Assembly (NCBI GenBank): GCA_964404805.1
Contig: CAYOLJ010000002.1
Coordinates: 1-34,779, forward strand
Direction of reading: 5' to 3'
Source of the DNA: an uncultured Candidatus Peribacteria bacterium
Lineage (GTDB): Bacteria > Patescibacteriota > Gracilibacteria > Peribacterales > Peribacteraceae
Length of the DNA: 34,779 bases
In this document: piece after piece, positions 16,442 to 25,969 of the stretch
Layout of the letters: the number at the start of each line of letters is the position of its first letter
How positions within the stretch are numbered: position 1 is the first letter of the stretch
Notes under the pieces: model-generated
The model's input: only the letters and a program-made list of their open reading frames with translations
What the model was told of the DNA's origin: nothing
Databases searched by the model: none
Made by a program: the position numbers and the translations under genes

Positions 16442-19400
16442 TACACAGCAGAAGACGCGTACGCGCTCAAAACATCTTCGATTTTCTTTTCGAGAATTGT
16501 CGACATGTTAATCGTGAGAGGAAGAGGAATGAGCTGTTCGCCGATCTTCAGCTGCACTTTCTCTTTTCCTGGGAATGTTTCGAGCACGTGCTTGAGATCC
16601 AACAGGAGTTTTTTCGGTGCCCGTTCTGGTAACGTAATAGTGTGGATGGAGATTTCCGTGGCATAAGTTTTGGGCTCCGTAGAGGGCTCTTTCTCCTTTA
16701 TCTTCGTCGTCTTTTTCTTGGTTTGAGGAGAAGGCGTTGCTGCTGCGGTGTTCTCTAATTCGAGTGTCCGGAGCAGATCGGTAATGGGCATGTCGTGCAA
16801 CAGCCAGGCACTTAGCGGACCGTGGAATTCGTTTTGTTCTTCCTTCCCTTTTCCCATCGCGACCGTTTCTCCGGCAATGACGTTACCTTCTTCATCGACT
16901 GCCTCAACTTCCTCCACCTCTTCGAGGCGTTTGCGTGTGATCGTGAGCCCCTGGCGCGCCTCCTCCTCATCGAAGAACCCTGCTTCTTTGGCGTGCGCGA
17001 TCATCGTCGATAGGACGGCACGCTTGAGGGCATCGGCGCGGATCTGTAATTGACCGGCACGCACATCCATCGTGCCGCCTACAACCAACACAGAATCGGG
17101 TTGCTCCAGTAGCGTGGCGAATTCTGCATAGATGCGGGGGAAAAGTGTCGCCTCAATTTTACCTGTCGGATCCTCGATCAGAATCACGGCCATGGTTTCA
17201 CCTTTTTTCGTCGTGATGCGCTTAATATTCTCGACGAGGCCAGCAATTTTCACTTTCTTGCCACTGTCCTTCATTGTGAGGTCGGTAATGAGTTGTGCCT
17301 TCTTGCCGATGTACTTCTTGAGCCCTGCAAGTGGATGACTGCTTACGTACATGCCAAGGGTTTCCTTTTCCCACTGAAGCTTTTGAAGCGTTGTTGCCTC
17401 TAGGGTTTTAGGAAAGTTGATGAGTGCTTCATCCATTCCACCATCCGATAAGGCGAATAGATCATGCTGTGCAGCCGAAACATCGCCACAAGATTTCGCG
17501 TAGTCCACGATACGCTCGTAGTGATCGACCAGTGTTCTTCTTTCGCCAAGGGAATCGAGTGCCCCCGATTTCGCCAGCGCCTCAAGGAGTTTTTTGTTGA
17601 GAACTTTCGACGGAACGCGTCGGGCAAAATCTTCTATTGAAGCGAATTTTCCTCCCTCCTCACGTACTTGCATGATTTGCTGTACAGAGCTGTCACCAAT
17701 GCCCTTAATCGCACTTAAGCCGAAACGGATTTCCCCTTTCTTTGCGGTGCCATGGACCAGCTTGCCTTCTGGTGGCGGAAGAGCGGTGAAGTGACGGAGG
17801 GATTCATTGATATCCGGAGGAAGAACCTGAATGCCCATAGCACGGCACTCCTCAATTTCGATCATAACGCGATCAGTACGCTGCGCATCAGACGACAGCA
17901 GCGCAGCCATGAATTCCGTGGGGAAGTGTGCCTTGAGATAGGCGGTCTCAAAGGCAATGCGTGCGTAGCCAGCAGCATGAGCTTTCGGGAATCCATATCC
18001 GGCGAATGGCATGATGACATCGTCGAAGATTTTCTCTGAGAGTGCCTTATTGTGCCCCTTCTTAGCTGCCCCCATGATGAATTTATCGCGTTGCGCGTCG
18101 AGCTCTTTCTTAATTTTCTTTCCGATAGCGCGACGCAAAAGATCCGCTTCTCCAAGAGAGTAGCCAGCGAATACTCTGGCAAGCTGAAGGATTTGCTCCT
18201 GATAAACGCCGATCCCATACGTCTCGCGGAAGATGGGTTCTACGTCTGCGTGGAGGTACTCCACTTTCTCTTTCCTGTGTTTTCGTTTGATGAAGCTGGG
18301 GATCCACTCCATAGGACCCGGACGGAAAAGAGCCGCCATAGCGGTAATGTCATTGAACGTGGTAGGAATGAGTTGCTTTAAATATCGGCGCATTCCTGCC
18401 GATTCCAGTTGGAATACCCCCGTTGTGTCCCCGCGCTGAAGAAGCTCATATGTAGCCTTGTCGTCTAGGGGTAGTTTTGCCATGTCAATCTGCGTGCCAT
18501 AGAGACGTTGGATAATCTCTAGCGTAGTTTCAATAACAGTGAGGTTTGTGAGCCCTAAAAAGTCCATTTTCAATAGGCCGAGAGCCTCCAAAGGCTTCGC
18601 TTCATATTGCGTGATGATGATTTTATCGTCCTTGGGAGCGCGCTGGAGGGCGGAGTAGAGGACGGTTGGTTCTGGGGTGATGATGACGCCACATGCATGA
18701 ACCGAGACGTGACGAGCTTTTCCTTCCAGCTTAAAAGCGGTATCAATAATCTTTCGATATGTTTCATTGGCATCGTAGGCAGCTTTCAATTCTGTAGTTT
18801 CCATGGCGTCCTTCAGTGTGGTACCGGGACGCTCGGGAATGAGTTTCGCCAATGCATTCATCTCAAGAAACGGCACACCGTAGGCGCGTCCAACATCTTT
18901 CACTGCCGCTCGTGCGGCCAGTGTTCCGAATGTACAGATCTGTACGACACGATCGCGACCATACTTGTCGCGGACATACTCCAGCACCTCATCTCTTCTT
19001 GTGTCGGCAAAATCCGTGTCAATATCTGGCATCGTGATGCGCTCAGGGTTGAGGAACCGCTCGAAGAGCAGGCCATGCTCCAGAGGATCAAGCGTCGTAA
19101 TATTCAGGCTGTATGACACAATGGATCCGGCTGCGGACCCTCTTCCCGGTCCCACTGCGATTCCCCTGCGCTTTGCTTCGTTAATGAAGTCGGCGACAAT
19201 AAGGAAATACCCAGAAAACCCCATACTATTGATAATCGAGAGCTCATGCTCCAGGCGCTCTTTCTGTTCCTGTGTGGCGTTGGGATACCGCTGCACGAAA
19301 CCTTCAGCTGCAAGACGAGTGAGTTCAGCTTCCTCTGTAGTGCCCTCCGGCATGGGATAACGCGGGATGTGGTATTTTCCTAATTCCAGCGTTACCGAGC

Positions 19401-20223
19401 ATCGATCAGCAATAACGCGAGTATTTTCCAGCGCTTCTGGCACATGTGCAAATGTCTGTTCCAACTCCTCAAATGGTCGCATAGAGAAATCACTGTCTCG
19501 CATAGAGAAGCGTGTAGTGTCAGCGACATTGGCGTTCTTCTGAATGCAGAGCAGCACATCGTGAGCCTCACTGTCACCAAGATGGCAGTAATGGCTGTTG
19601 CAGGTGGCGACGAGAGGAACATTTAGTTTTTTTGCCCAAGCGATGAGCTGTTGATTCACTTCGTTCTGCCCTGTTACGTTTGGCAGATCCATGAGCTCAA
19701 AGTAGAGATTATCTTTACCGAAGAATGAACGGTACTGCTCTGTGAGCTCTTGGATGCGTTCGCCATCCTCCACCAGGGCAGCTTGCGGAATAGCTCCTCC
19801 GATGGGCCCCGTGAACGCGATGAGGCCCTTGCCATAAGTGCTGAGCAGCTCGCTGTCGACACGTGGCTTGTAGTACATTCCTTCGAGTGAGGCGAGCGAA
19901 GCGAGGGCAAGCAGATTACGGTACCCCTCTTCATTCTCGGCAAGCAGTACCAGTGGGTATCGTTTGGTGTCGGTACCACTTTCTTGATCAAAGCGTGTTC
20001 GCACAGCAACGTAGGTTTCGAGGCCGAGGATCGGCTTGAGATCAGCCTTTTTTGCTTCACGGTAGAAATCAACGAGGCCGTAGACGTGCCCTTTGTCTGC
20101 GAGACCCACAGCTGTTTGCCGCAGCTCTACAGCACGCCGGACGATCTCTTTGGGGCTTGGGAGTGCCTCAAGGAGGGAGTATGTCGAGTGACAGTGCAGA
20201 TGGACGAAATCGGAAGCGTTCAT
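16441..20223 (-). CDS. dnaE: DNA polymerase III alpha subunit
   Basis: PHP domain (FVHLHCHSTYSLLEA). Polymerase core motifs (GPGRGSAAGS, MPDIDTDF, LLKMDFLGL). OB fold and C-terminal region. 1260 aa. Confidence 0.95.
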   Translation of the reverse strand: MNASDFVHLHCHSTYSLLEALPSPKEIVRRAVELRQTAVGLADKGHVYGLVDFYREAKKADLKPILGLETYVAVRTRFDQESGTDTKRYPLVLLAENEEGYRNLLALASLASLEGMYYKPRVDSELLSTYGKGLIAFTGPIGGAIPQAALVEDGERIQELTEQYRSFFGKDNLYFELMDLPNVTGQNEVNQQLIAWAKKLNVPLVATCNSHYCHLGDSEAHDVLLCIQKNANVADTTRFSMRDSDFSMRPFEELEQTFAHVPEALENTRVIADRCSVTLELGKYHIPRYPMPEGTTEEAELTRLAAEGFVQRYPNATQEQKERLEHELSIINSMGFSGYFLIVADFINEAKRRGIAVGPGRGSAAGSIVSYSLNITTLDPLEHGLLFERFLNPERITMPDIDTDFADTRRDEVLEYVRDKYGRDRVVQICTFGTLAARAAVKDVGRAYGVPFLEMNALAKLIPERPGTTLKDAMETTELKAAYDANETYRKIIDTAFKLEGKARHVSVHACGVIITPEPTVLYSALQRAPKDDKIIITQYEAKPLEALGLLKMDFLGLTNLTVIETTLEIIQRLYGTQIDMAKLPLDDKATYELLQRGDTTGVFQLESAGMRRYLKQLIPTTFNDITAMAALFRPGPMEWIPSFIKRKHRKEKVEYLHADVEPIFRETYGIGVYQEQILQLARVFAGYSLGEADLLRRAIGKKIKKELDAQRDKFIMGAAKKGHNKALSEKIFDDVIMPFAGYGFPKAHAAGYARIAFETAYLKAHFPTEFMAALLSSDAQRTDRVMIEIEECRAMGIQVLPPDINESLRHFTALPPPEGKLVHGTAKKGEIRFGLSAIKGIGDSSVQQIMQVREEGGKFASIEDFARRVPSKVLNKKLLEALAKSGALDSLGERRTLVDHYERIVDYAKSCGDVSAAQHDLFALSDGGMDEALINFPKTLEATTLQKLQWEKETLGMYVSSHPLAGLKKYIGKKAQLITDLTMKDSGKKVKIAGLVENIKRITTKKGETMAVILIEDPTGKIEATLFPRIYAEFATLLEQPDSVLVVGGTMDVRAGQLQIRADALKRAVLSTMIAHAKEAGFFDEEEARQGLTITRKRLEEVEEVEAVDEEGNVIAGETVAMGKGKEEQNEFHGPLSAWLLHDMPITDLLRTLELENTAAATPSPQTKKKTTKIKEKEPSTEPKTYATEISIHTITLPERAPKKLLLDLKHVLETFPGKEKVQLKIGEQLIPLPLTINMSTILEKKIEDVLSAYASSAV

Positions 20224-20284
20224 GCGAGGAGAGCTAGTATGCAGTATTCACTGCGGAGTATACAGTCCTCCTCAGGTTTTCCTC

Positions 20285-21844
20285 TTAGAGTCCTGCTGCA
20301 TTTTTGCACTGTTTTGCGACCTCTGATTCAAGAGGGGCTCCTCTGGCGTACGGAAAACACTCATCCTTGAAAATAATTTTCAATATGCGATCTAATTGCT
20401 TATTGCATGGGCGGAAAATGCAGGATGTACGCAAGAAGGATGCGTAGTCACGCACAAATTTTCGTAGGCCAACATTCGAGCTCTGTACCGAAGACGCAAG
20501 TTTGCGCACTTCTGCGCGAAGCGGCGTGAGCGTGTTGAGTACACGCAGTGGAGCATCGATAGTCTTTGCGATCTGTGCGCTCTCTTTCTTCGCTTGTTGC
20601 AGGCTGAATCCCTGCAGATACAACTGTACATCGTAGCGAGCACCGAGCAGCCAGAAGAGCATGTTATCTTCCATCTTTCGCGCAGCCTCTTTCTCGGGGC
20701 CGTCTGGCAATTCATCGGAGTCGCGGATGTACGTAGGAGGCAGGCGTTGCTGGCCCCATCCATCCCAGAGCGCTGAGAGCTTGGGCATGAGAGACGTCTC
20801 ATTCGATGAGAATGCAAACGGTCCACGACGTTCCCAGAAGGCGACACCTGTGGGGAGCTGCTCATCCTCCGCAAGGCAGCCACTTTTCACTTCGTGGTTA
20901 CGCTTGTTGCTTGCTCCCATACCAAAATTCGAGAGATCCATCGTTCCTCCTCCCAAACGTTGTTCCAGTTGTACGATGGTATCCTTTGCGGTGCCAATAT
21001 CTTCAATGGCTGTATCACGGTCCTGAATGAGTTTTCGCAGCCCTTCGATTTCTTTTCGAATGCCTTCTGGTCCATCGCGGCTTTCGAGAACAGAAAGGTC
21101 GCAACCATATCCCGCTCCGGTTGGCGGAAGGTAATCTGTACTGAATGGACAGAGCTCTCCGTCGTCTTCCCCTTCTCCGCCCGATGCAGTGCAGCCGGCA
21201 TTCACACAGGCATACTGCCTCTTAAATGCGAGCCCCTGCGTGTTGATGCAATCAGAATACTCCGTGCCTTCCCCTATCTGCCGGCACTCAATATTTCTCG
21301 TGTCATCCTCTTCCTCTTTGCCGGGGCAGCACCAGTAGGGTGGGGCATCAAATCCGTACAATGATCCCTCTTCTTCATCGACGTACGTGGGGTCTCTTGC
21401 TCCTAGAAGAAGAGCCTTATAGCGGTTATTCAGGTAACGTTGCATCGAAATGAGGCGCGCAGCTTCACTCACACGCCCCGCTTCAATGGCGTCATTCTTT
21501 CGTATTCTTGCTCGCTCCATCCATCCTTCAAGAATGAGAGTGTCGAGTCTCAGACAGGGTGTGTTTTCTCGTAGGTCGCGCTCTTGCTCCACAATGCGCA
21601 GATCTGTATCAACCAACAACAGAATCATTCCGGTGATCTGATCGAGCCAGAAGAGCTTGAGCAGTTTATCTACGGTTGCGTCTCCGCCTCCGGCATTATC
21701 GAGCCCGGCACTCACGCGACGCACCACACGCTCTATGTACGGAGAAACGGGGGCGATATCTGCATACTGATCACCTGCCGCCATTGCCGGAGAAGCAATG
21801 GAGCAGATCAATATGCCGGTGAGCAACAGAGGAACAGTTCTCAT
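20285..21844 (-). CDS. exported Cys-rich protein E of the five-gene cluster, unknown function
   Basis: Sec signal MRTVPLLLTGILICSIASPAMA. Cys cluster WCCPG...ECRQ...DCINT...ACVNAGC...LCPF...YGCD. The ATG overlaps the upstream stop (ATGA at 21841-21844). Confidence 0.8.
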   Translation of the reverse strand: MRTVPLLLTGILICSIASPAMAAGDQYADIAPVSPYIERVVRRVSAGLDNAGGGDATVDKLLKLFWLDQITGMILLLVDTDLRIVEQERDLRENTPCLRLDTLILEGWMERARIRKNDAIEAGRVSEAARLISMQRYLNNRYKALLLGARDPTYVDEEEGSLYGFDAPPYWCCPGKEEEDDTRNIECRQIGEGTEYSDCINTQGLAFKRQYACVNAGCTASGGEGEDDGELCPFSTDYLPPTGAGYGCDLSVLESRDGPEGIRKEIEGLRKLIQDRDTAIEDIGTAKDTIVQLEQRLGGGTMDLSNFGMGASNKRNHEVKSGCLAEDEQLPTGVAFWERRGPFAFSSNETSLMPKLSALWDGWGQQRLPPTYIRDSDELPDGPEKEAARKMEDNMLFWLLGARYDVQLYLQGFSLQQAKKESAQIAKTIDAPLRVLNTLTPLRAEVRKLASSVQSSNVGLRKFVRDYASFLRTSCIFRPCNKQLDRILKIIFKDECFPYARGAPLESEVAKQCKNAAGL

Positions 21845-24357
21845 TCAGGAACGTACGGAGAGTCAGGCACGTATGGGGGTGTGTCACAGAAATCGGGAGT
21901 TTCTGCCGCATTCCGCGGACATGTTTGCTGCGGGAACTGGGTTTTTGCCATTGCACCCATCAACTGGTTACCTGCCCGCAGAGTGTCAGACAGCGCGCGA
22001 CCGGCCCAAGAGAGATAGCGCGTAAGAAGTGATGTGCCAATACGCGTCGCGATACTCTGGGTCATGCGTTGCAGTGATTCGGTGGGCTCTAGATTTTCCT
22101 CGATTTGTCCTGCAAAGCTGAATGAAGTTGTCACATAGCTATCGGTGGGAATATTCAGTCTGCGCTCGTAGTTGAACTGACAGAGGATAGGTGGGGTGGC
22201 GGCAGGAAGACCGTTAATCTGGCACAGCGCGCGATCGAGAGATTCGATCAGCAAACGTGGGTTGTAGGCAGGCATGAGCGGTGGAGAAATGGCAGGTAGT
22301 GCGATGAGTCCCGCGGCTTGTGTATTTTCTACCGCACAGGAATCCCACGGGAACGCCTCGTCTTCGACGACCAACCCCATGCGGCCGGGGATGACGCGCG
22401 ATTGTTCGATGGATTGTTCTACGCATTGGCCGATGTAGCAGAGGTTGTTCCCGATGGTGTTCTCATACTTTGTCGGGCAACTGGGCGTACAGGCACCGTT
22501 CAGGCCCTCGATCATCGAGACGATGCGGCTATCGAGGCGCGCCAGTGCCTCTGTCCCCCTAGCCTGGATCATTGTAGAAGTACCTGCCCGATCTTCTGTT
22601 TTTCCTATCACCTCTTCGCATGAAGGAAGGTTTCCACCAGATTCGCGGTCTGCCTTTCGTAAGGCATCCAAGTATTTTTCTAAAATATCTTCGGTTTCAA
22701 GACTTGAACACGGCTTCTCGCCGTATTTTCTGCAGCTGATGTTACTCAGGCCACCTATGCATTCCTCGAGTGAGAAGCCAATGGCATCCAAGATTCCAAT
22801 CTCTGCATCCACACGGCAGGAAACCCTAAAGGCTTCTGCTTCATGAGCACAGCAGCGCTCAGCCGTGTAAGATACTTTGGTTTTCGGTTTGAGGTTACAA
22901 TATTGCTGCGCATGGACGAGTTCATGGAGCAGGCTGGATCGAAGCATGATACGAGGAGCGCTGTTCTGGACACATATATGGATAACACCGTTCTCATCCT
23001 TCTCCTCTGTTGTTGCTGAGTTTCCGTTGGGACAATTGTCTTTGCATTGAATATCCACCGTGCATAGACTGCAACCAAGTTTGCCTTCTGGGCTCAAGAG
23101 TTCCTTACTCGGAATGCGCCACCATCCCGTGCGACAGATATCAGGGCCGGATTCGGTGAGGGCGATCGGCTGCTTCGCCTGCGTCGGTTTACACTCCGTG
23201 AGTACGATCGCACGAGGATCTTTATCCTCAATTTCTGCATTACAGCGGTCGTGCCGCATCAGGCGGCACATGTAACCGTCTCGGGCGAATGCTAAATGGC
23301 AAATCCCCTCGTCCTCATCCGGTTCTTCGGGGGGGTCTTCATAACGGCCGCCCGGGAGGATTCCGAATCGATCGACAACAGTGCAGTAGGCCTTAGAGAA
23401 CTTTCCGGAATCACAAGGGTCACCACCCAGTATTTCAATGGAGGGAGAAGAGAGGGTTAGATCCCATCCCAATCCCACATCACGCTTAATTGTTCCGTCG
23501 AAATTCTCTGCCATCATCCAGACAACGGCATGTTCCGGCGTATCGAGCTTGCGCAGAGGGAAGATGACGATCTCTCCATGTTGAAGTGGAGGGGCGTATT
23601 CCAATGCAGATGCCGGAAGTGCGTCTCGCAGAGCGCGCAATTTGTCTTCGACTTTGCAGTACCGTTCGCGGATTGCCGGATACAACTCCGAGGCGTCCCT
23701 GACGTTGTAACAGTAATCAGAGAACGGGGTGATTCCGTAACGGTACCGCCACACGGCAGTCGAGCCGGCACTCTCGAGTTCGGCCCCCAGGTCGTTGAAC
23801 ATCCCATCCGTCACACTATCGGGCCGGGGAACCGCACGTACGAGCGGAAAAACCTCAGGTGTGAACAGGACATCATCTTGGCTGCGCCATAAATTCCGGA
23901 TGGTCAGTGTGCGCTCCGCGACGGTGAAGATCTCTCCCATTCGTCCGCTCACACCCGTTTCGTATCCTGTAGCAATGTGCAGAAGATCTGTTGAAAGCGT
24001 GAGTGTTTCGAGGATGTCACGTCCCCAGTCGCGGAACATCTGATACGCCTGAGGGCAGCCATCGAAAGTGTTGTTGTATTTTTGACAAAAATCGTTGAGT
24101 CGTGATTCAAACGCCGCTTTCACAATTGATTGAATCTCTGCAGAGGTTTCATCTTTCAAGAAAAGGTTTTCCTGAGACACCATTTGAACGACATAGCTAA
24201 TAATGGAATCGTTAACTCCTTCCAAAGTCATTTCCTGCTCTGTGAGTGCATGCATTTTTTCGTAGAGTTGCAGGCCACCAAGCCCCTGTTGTGCGTGGGC
24301 ATGCGTTGCGATGAGCAGCGAGCCGACAATGCCGAAAATGGCGGAAGAATATTTCAC
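21841..24357 (-). CDS. exported Cys-rich protein D of the cluster with a zincin-like HExxH motif
   Basis: The GTG start overlaps the upstream stop (GTGA at 24354-24357) and yields signal peptide MKYSSAIFGIVGSLLIATHAHA. 838 aa with many Cys. SSLLHELVHAQQ is encoded at 22912-22926 (HELVH). Confidence 0.8.
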   Translation of the reverse strand: MKYSSAIFGIVGSLLIATHAHAQQGLGGLQLYEKMHALTEQEMTLEGVNDSIISYVVQMVSQENLFLKDETSAEIQSIVKAAFESRLNDFCQKYNNTFDGCPQAYQMFRDWGRDILETLTLSTDLLHIATGYETGVSGRMGEIFTVAERTLTIRNLWRSQDDVLFTPEVFPLVRAVPRPDSVTDGMFNDLGAELESAGSTAVWRYRYGITPFSDYCYNVRDASELYPAIRERYCKVEDKLRALRDALPASALEYAPPLQHGEIVIFPLRKLDTPEHAVVWMMAENFDGTIKRDVGLGWDLTLSSPSIEILGGDPCDSGKFSKAYCTVVDRFGILPGGRYEDPPEEPDEDEGICHLAFARDGYMCRLMRHDRCNAEIEDKDPRAIVLTECKPTQAKQPIALTESGPDICRTGWWRIPSKELLSPEGKLGCSLCTVDIQCKDNCPNGNSATTEEKDENGVIHICVQNSAPRIMLRSSLLHELVHAQQYCNLKPKTKVSYTAERCCAHEAEAFRVSCRVDAEIGILDAIGFSLEECIGGLSNISCRKYGEKPCSSLETEDILEKYLDALRKADRESGGNLPSCEEVIGKTEDRAGTSTMIQARGTEALARLDSRIVSMIEGLNGACTPSCPTKYENTIGNNLCYIGQCVEQSIEQSRVIPGRMGLVVEDEAFPWDSCAVENTQAAGLIALPAISPPLMPAYNPRLLIESLDRALCQINGLPAATPPILCQFNYERRLNIPTDSYVTTSFSFAGQIEENLEPTESLQRMTQSIATRIGTSLLTRYLSWAGRALSDTLRAGNQLMGAMAKTQFPQQTCPRNAAETPDFCDTPPYVPDSPYVPE

Positions 24358-25151
24358 TGTGGCAAGTCACGGAGAGGATCCTTGGCGTTCCAGATGCGCG
24401 GCAGACAGGCGCTGGCCTCTGCTGCCAGAGCGAGAGCATTGCGGATATCGAGAGATGCTCGCTCAATACACTGAAGCTCTGAATGGAGCGGGAGTAGACG
24501 ACTAAGGCCGGCGAGAACAGAGAGTGTCCGGTTGAGGGAGGGGCGGGCCGTTGCTAATTCCGTGGCAATTGTCTGGTCTTCTTCCGAAACCTCGGCGGTG
24601 AGGAGAGAGAGATAAATATCGGATTCGTCCCCTTCCTCTTGCATTGCCATCTCAAGCTGTAGGAGTGCATCCGGGTGCAGGAAGTAAAGCCTCTCTTCTA
24701 AAGCGCATTCGTAGGCCCGCAAGAATTCAAGGAGCACGGAACTGGCTTCCCATTGGCTGACAGAAGATTCCTTCCAGCTGGGGAGGCTTTTCGCGAGTGC
24801 ACTCAACTTCGTTCCGCCAGGCAGCACATCGTTCCCTGTTGCGGCATTGCATTTCGGGGGACGCGAAAAGGATTGCATGTGTTCGTCGACAATTTCACCG
24901 ACAATGCGATGGTATTCCGTTGACCATTGCGAGAAACTACCGTCTCTGAAAGGCAGTTGTGCGTATGCGTAATTCTCTGCAAAGCGGGAGCAGGGGGTGA
25001 GGATGGAGTTTTCTTCTTCTTGCTTGATGAGCAGATCGACACTGGTGGCAGCAAATTTTTTGGGGTCTTTCACTACAACAGCGATAACACTGAGAGCCAC
25101 CAACAAAAGGACGATCATCGAGCCAATGGTGCGCTTACGGAGAGAGAACAT
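24354..25151 (-). CDS. membrane-anchored protein C of the cluster, unknown function
   Basis: N-terminal anchor MFSLRKRTIGSMIVLLLVALSVIAVVV, then a mostly helical ectodomain. The ATG is 5 nt after the stop of gene B. Confidence 0.75.
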   Translation of the reverse strand: MFSLRKRTIGSMIVLLLVALSVIAVVVKDPKKFAATSVDLLIKQEEENSILTPCSRFAENYAYAQLPFRDGSFSQWSTEYHRIVGEIVDEHMQSFSRPPKCNAATGNDVLPGGTKLSALAKSLPSWKESSVSQWEASSVLLEFLRAYECALEERLYFLHPDALLQLEMAMQEEGDESDIYLSLLTAEVSEEDQTIATELATARPSLNRTLSVLAGLSRLLPLHSELQCIERASLDIRNALALAAEASACLPRIWNAKDPLRDLPQ

Positions 25152-25156
25152 GATTC

Positions 25157-25969
25157 TTAATTGGCGGGGGGACTTTCATCACAGCTGCCGATGAAACAGG
25201 GAATGCGGTAGAGGGATCCAACGAGCTGCGCGGCTTTGCGAAGCGAATTCGCAAGAGGCCAGCGGAACTCCTGTAGGAAGGCATCGATTTGTCCTGAGAG
25301 CTGCAAAAGAGAGCGATACGCCGCATCGTACTCAGTGGCTTGCTTAAGTAGATCTTTCTCACGCGAGACCAGATCATCTCTTACCAATCGACAGTGGGTG
25401 AGCAGTTCACCCTCTTCCACTTTGCTCCCTTCGGCAGCCGCGAGGTGGCAGCTGGGGATTGATTGTCGTTTGTCCTCGATGCACCCCGGTACCACTATGG
25501 TTAGTTCCTGCGGTTCCATACTTTCCAACTTAAGAGAATTTTCCACAACCTTGCAGACAATGGTTGAACGGCATTTGAGTGAGCGGTAGGCCTGTGTGAG
25601 GTAGGGCACCAAGTCAGACGTCATCACTTTGCGCGTTTCGAAGATGCCTTTGCGCGGCTTTAGCTCATCCTTGCCATCCATTTCGTCATCGCTGCGTTCC
25701 TCATCCTCTTTCCTCGGCGATACTGAGCGCCACACATCCTCCTTCTCCTTGATCCATGGGATTCCCTCATTGTCGAAGTACACTTCGTTGAGCGCGGCAT
25801 CTTGCGCTTTCTTGTGTCCGAAGAGCACGCTGCGGTACAGGCGTTGCTCCTGCGAGAGCTGTTGCACCATGAGTGTCTGGCATGTGTCAGTAGCCTGCGC
25901 ATGACCTTGCAGTGGCATGATGATGAATGCGAGAACAGTGAGCCAGAGAAGAGAAGTGTGGTGCTTCAT
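25157..25969 (-). CDS. exported protein B of the cluster, unknown function
   Basis: Sec signal MKHHTSLLWLTVLAFIIMPLQGHA. 270 aa. The ATG overlaps the stop of gene A (ATGA at 25966-25969). Confidence 0.75.
   Translation of the reverse strand: MKHHTSLLWLTVLAFIIMPLQGHAQATDTCQTLMVQQLSQEQRLYRSVLFGHKKAQDAALNEVYFDNEGIPWIKEKEDVWRSVSPRKEDEERSDDEMDGKDELKPRKGIFETRKVMTSDLVPYLTQAYRSLKCRSTIVCKVVENSLKLESMEPQELTIVVPGCIEDKRQSIPSCHLAAAEGSKVEEGELLTHCRLVRDDLVSREKDLLKQATEYDAAYRSLLQLSGQIDAFLQEFRWPLANSLRKAAQLVGSLYRIPCFIGSCDESPPAN

Noticed and set aside
16748-19360. Numerous 60-170-aa antisense or out-of-frame ORFs inside dnaE, with similar ones inside mfd, aspS and the cluster genes
   Set aside because: All are nested within long ORFs that have strong family signatures or export signals. 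Their compositions are typical of shadow frames.
20224-20284. Promoter-like ctgTATACT on the minus strand upstream of dnaE
   Set aside because: TG abuts the hexamer without the one-base spacer of a true extended -10, and no -35 hexamer is evident. Read-through from the upstream cluster explains dnaE expression equally well.
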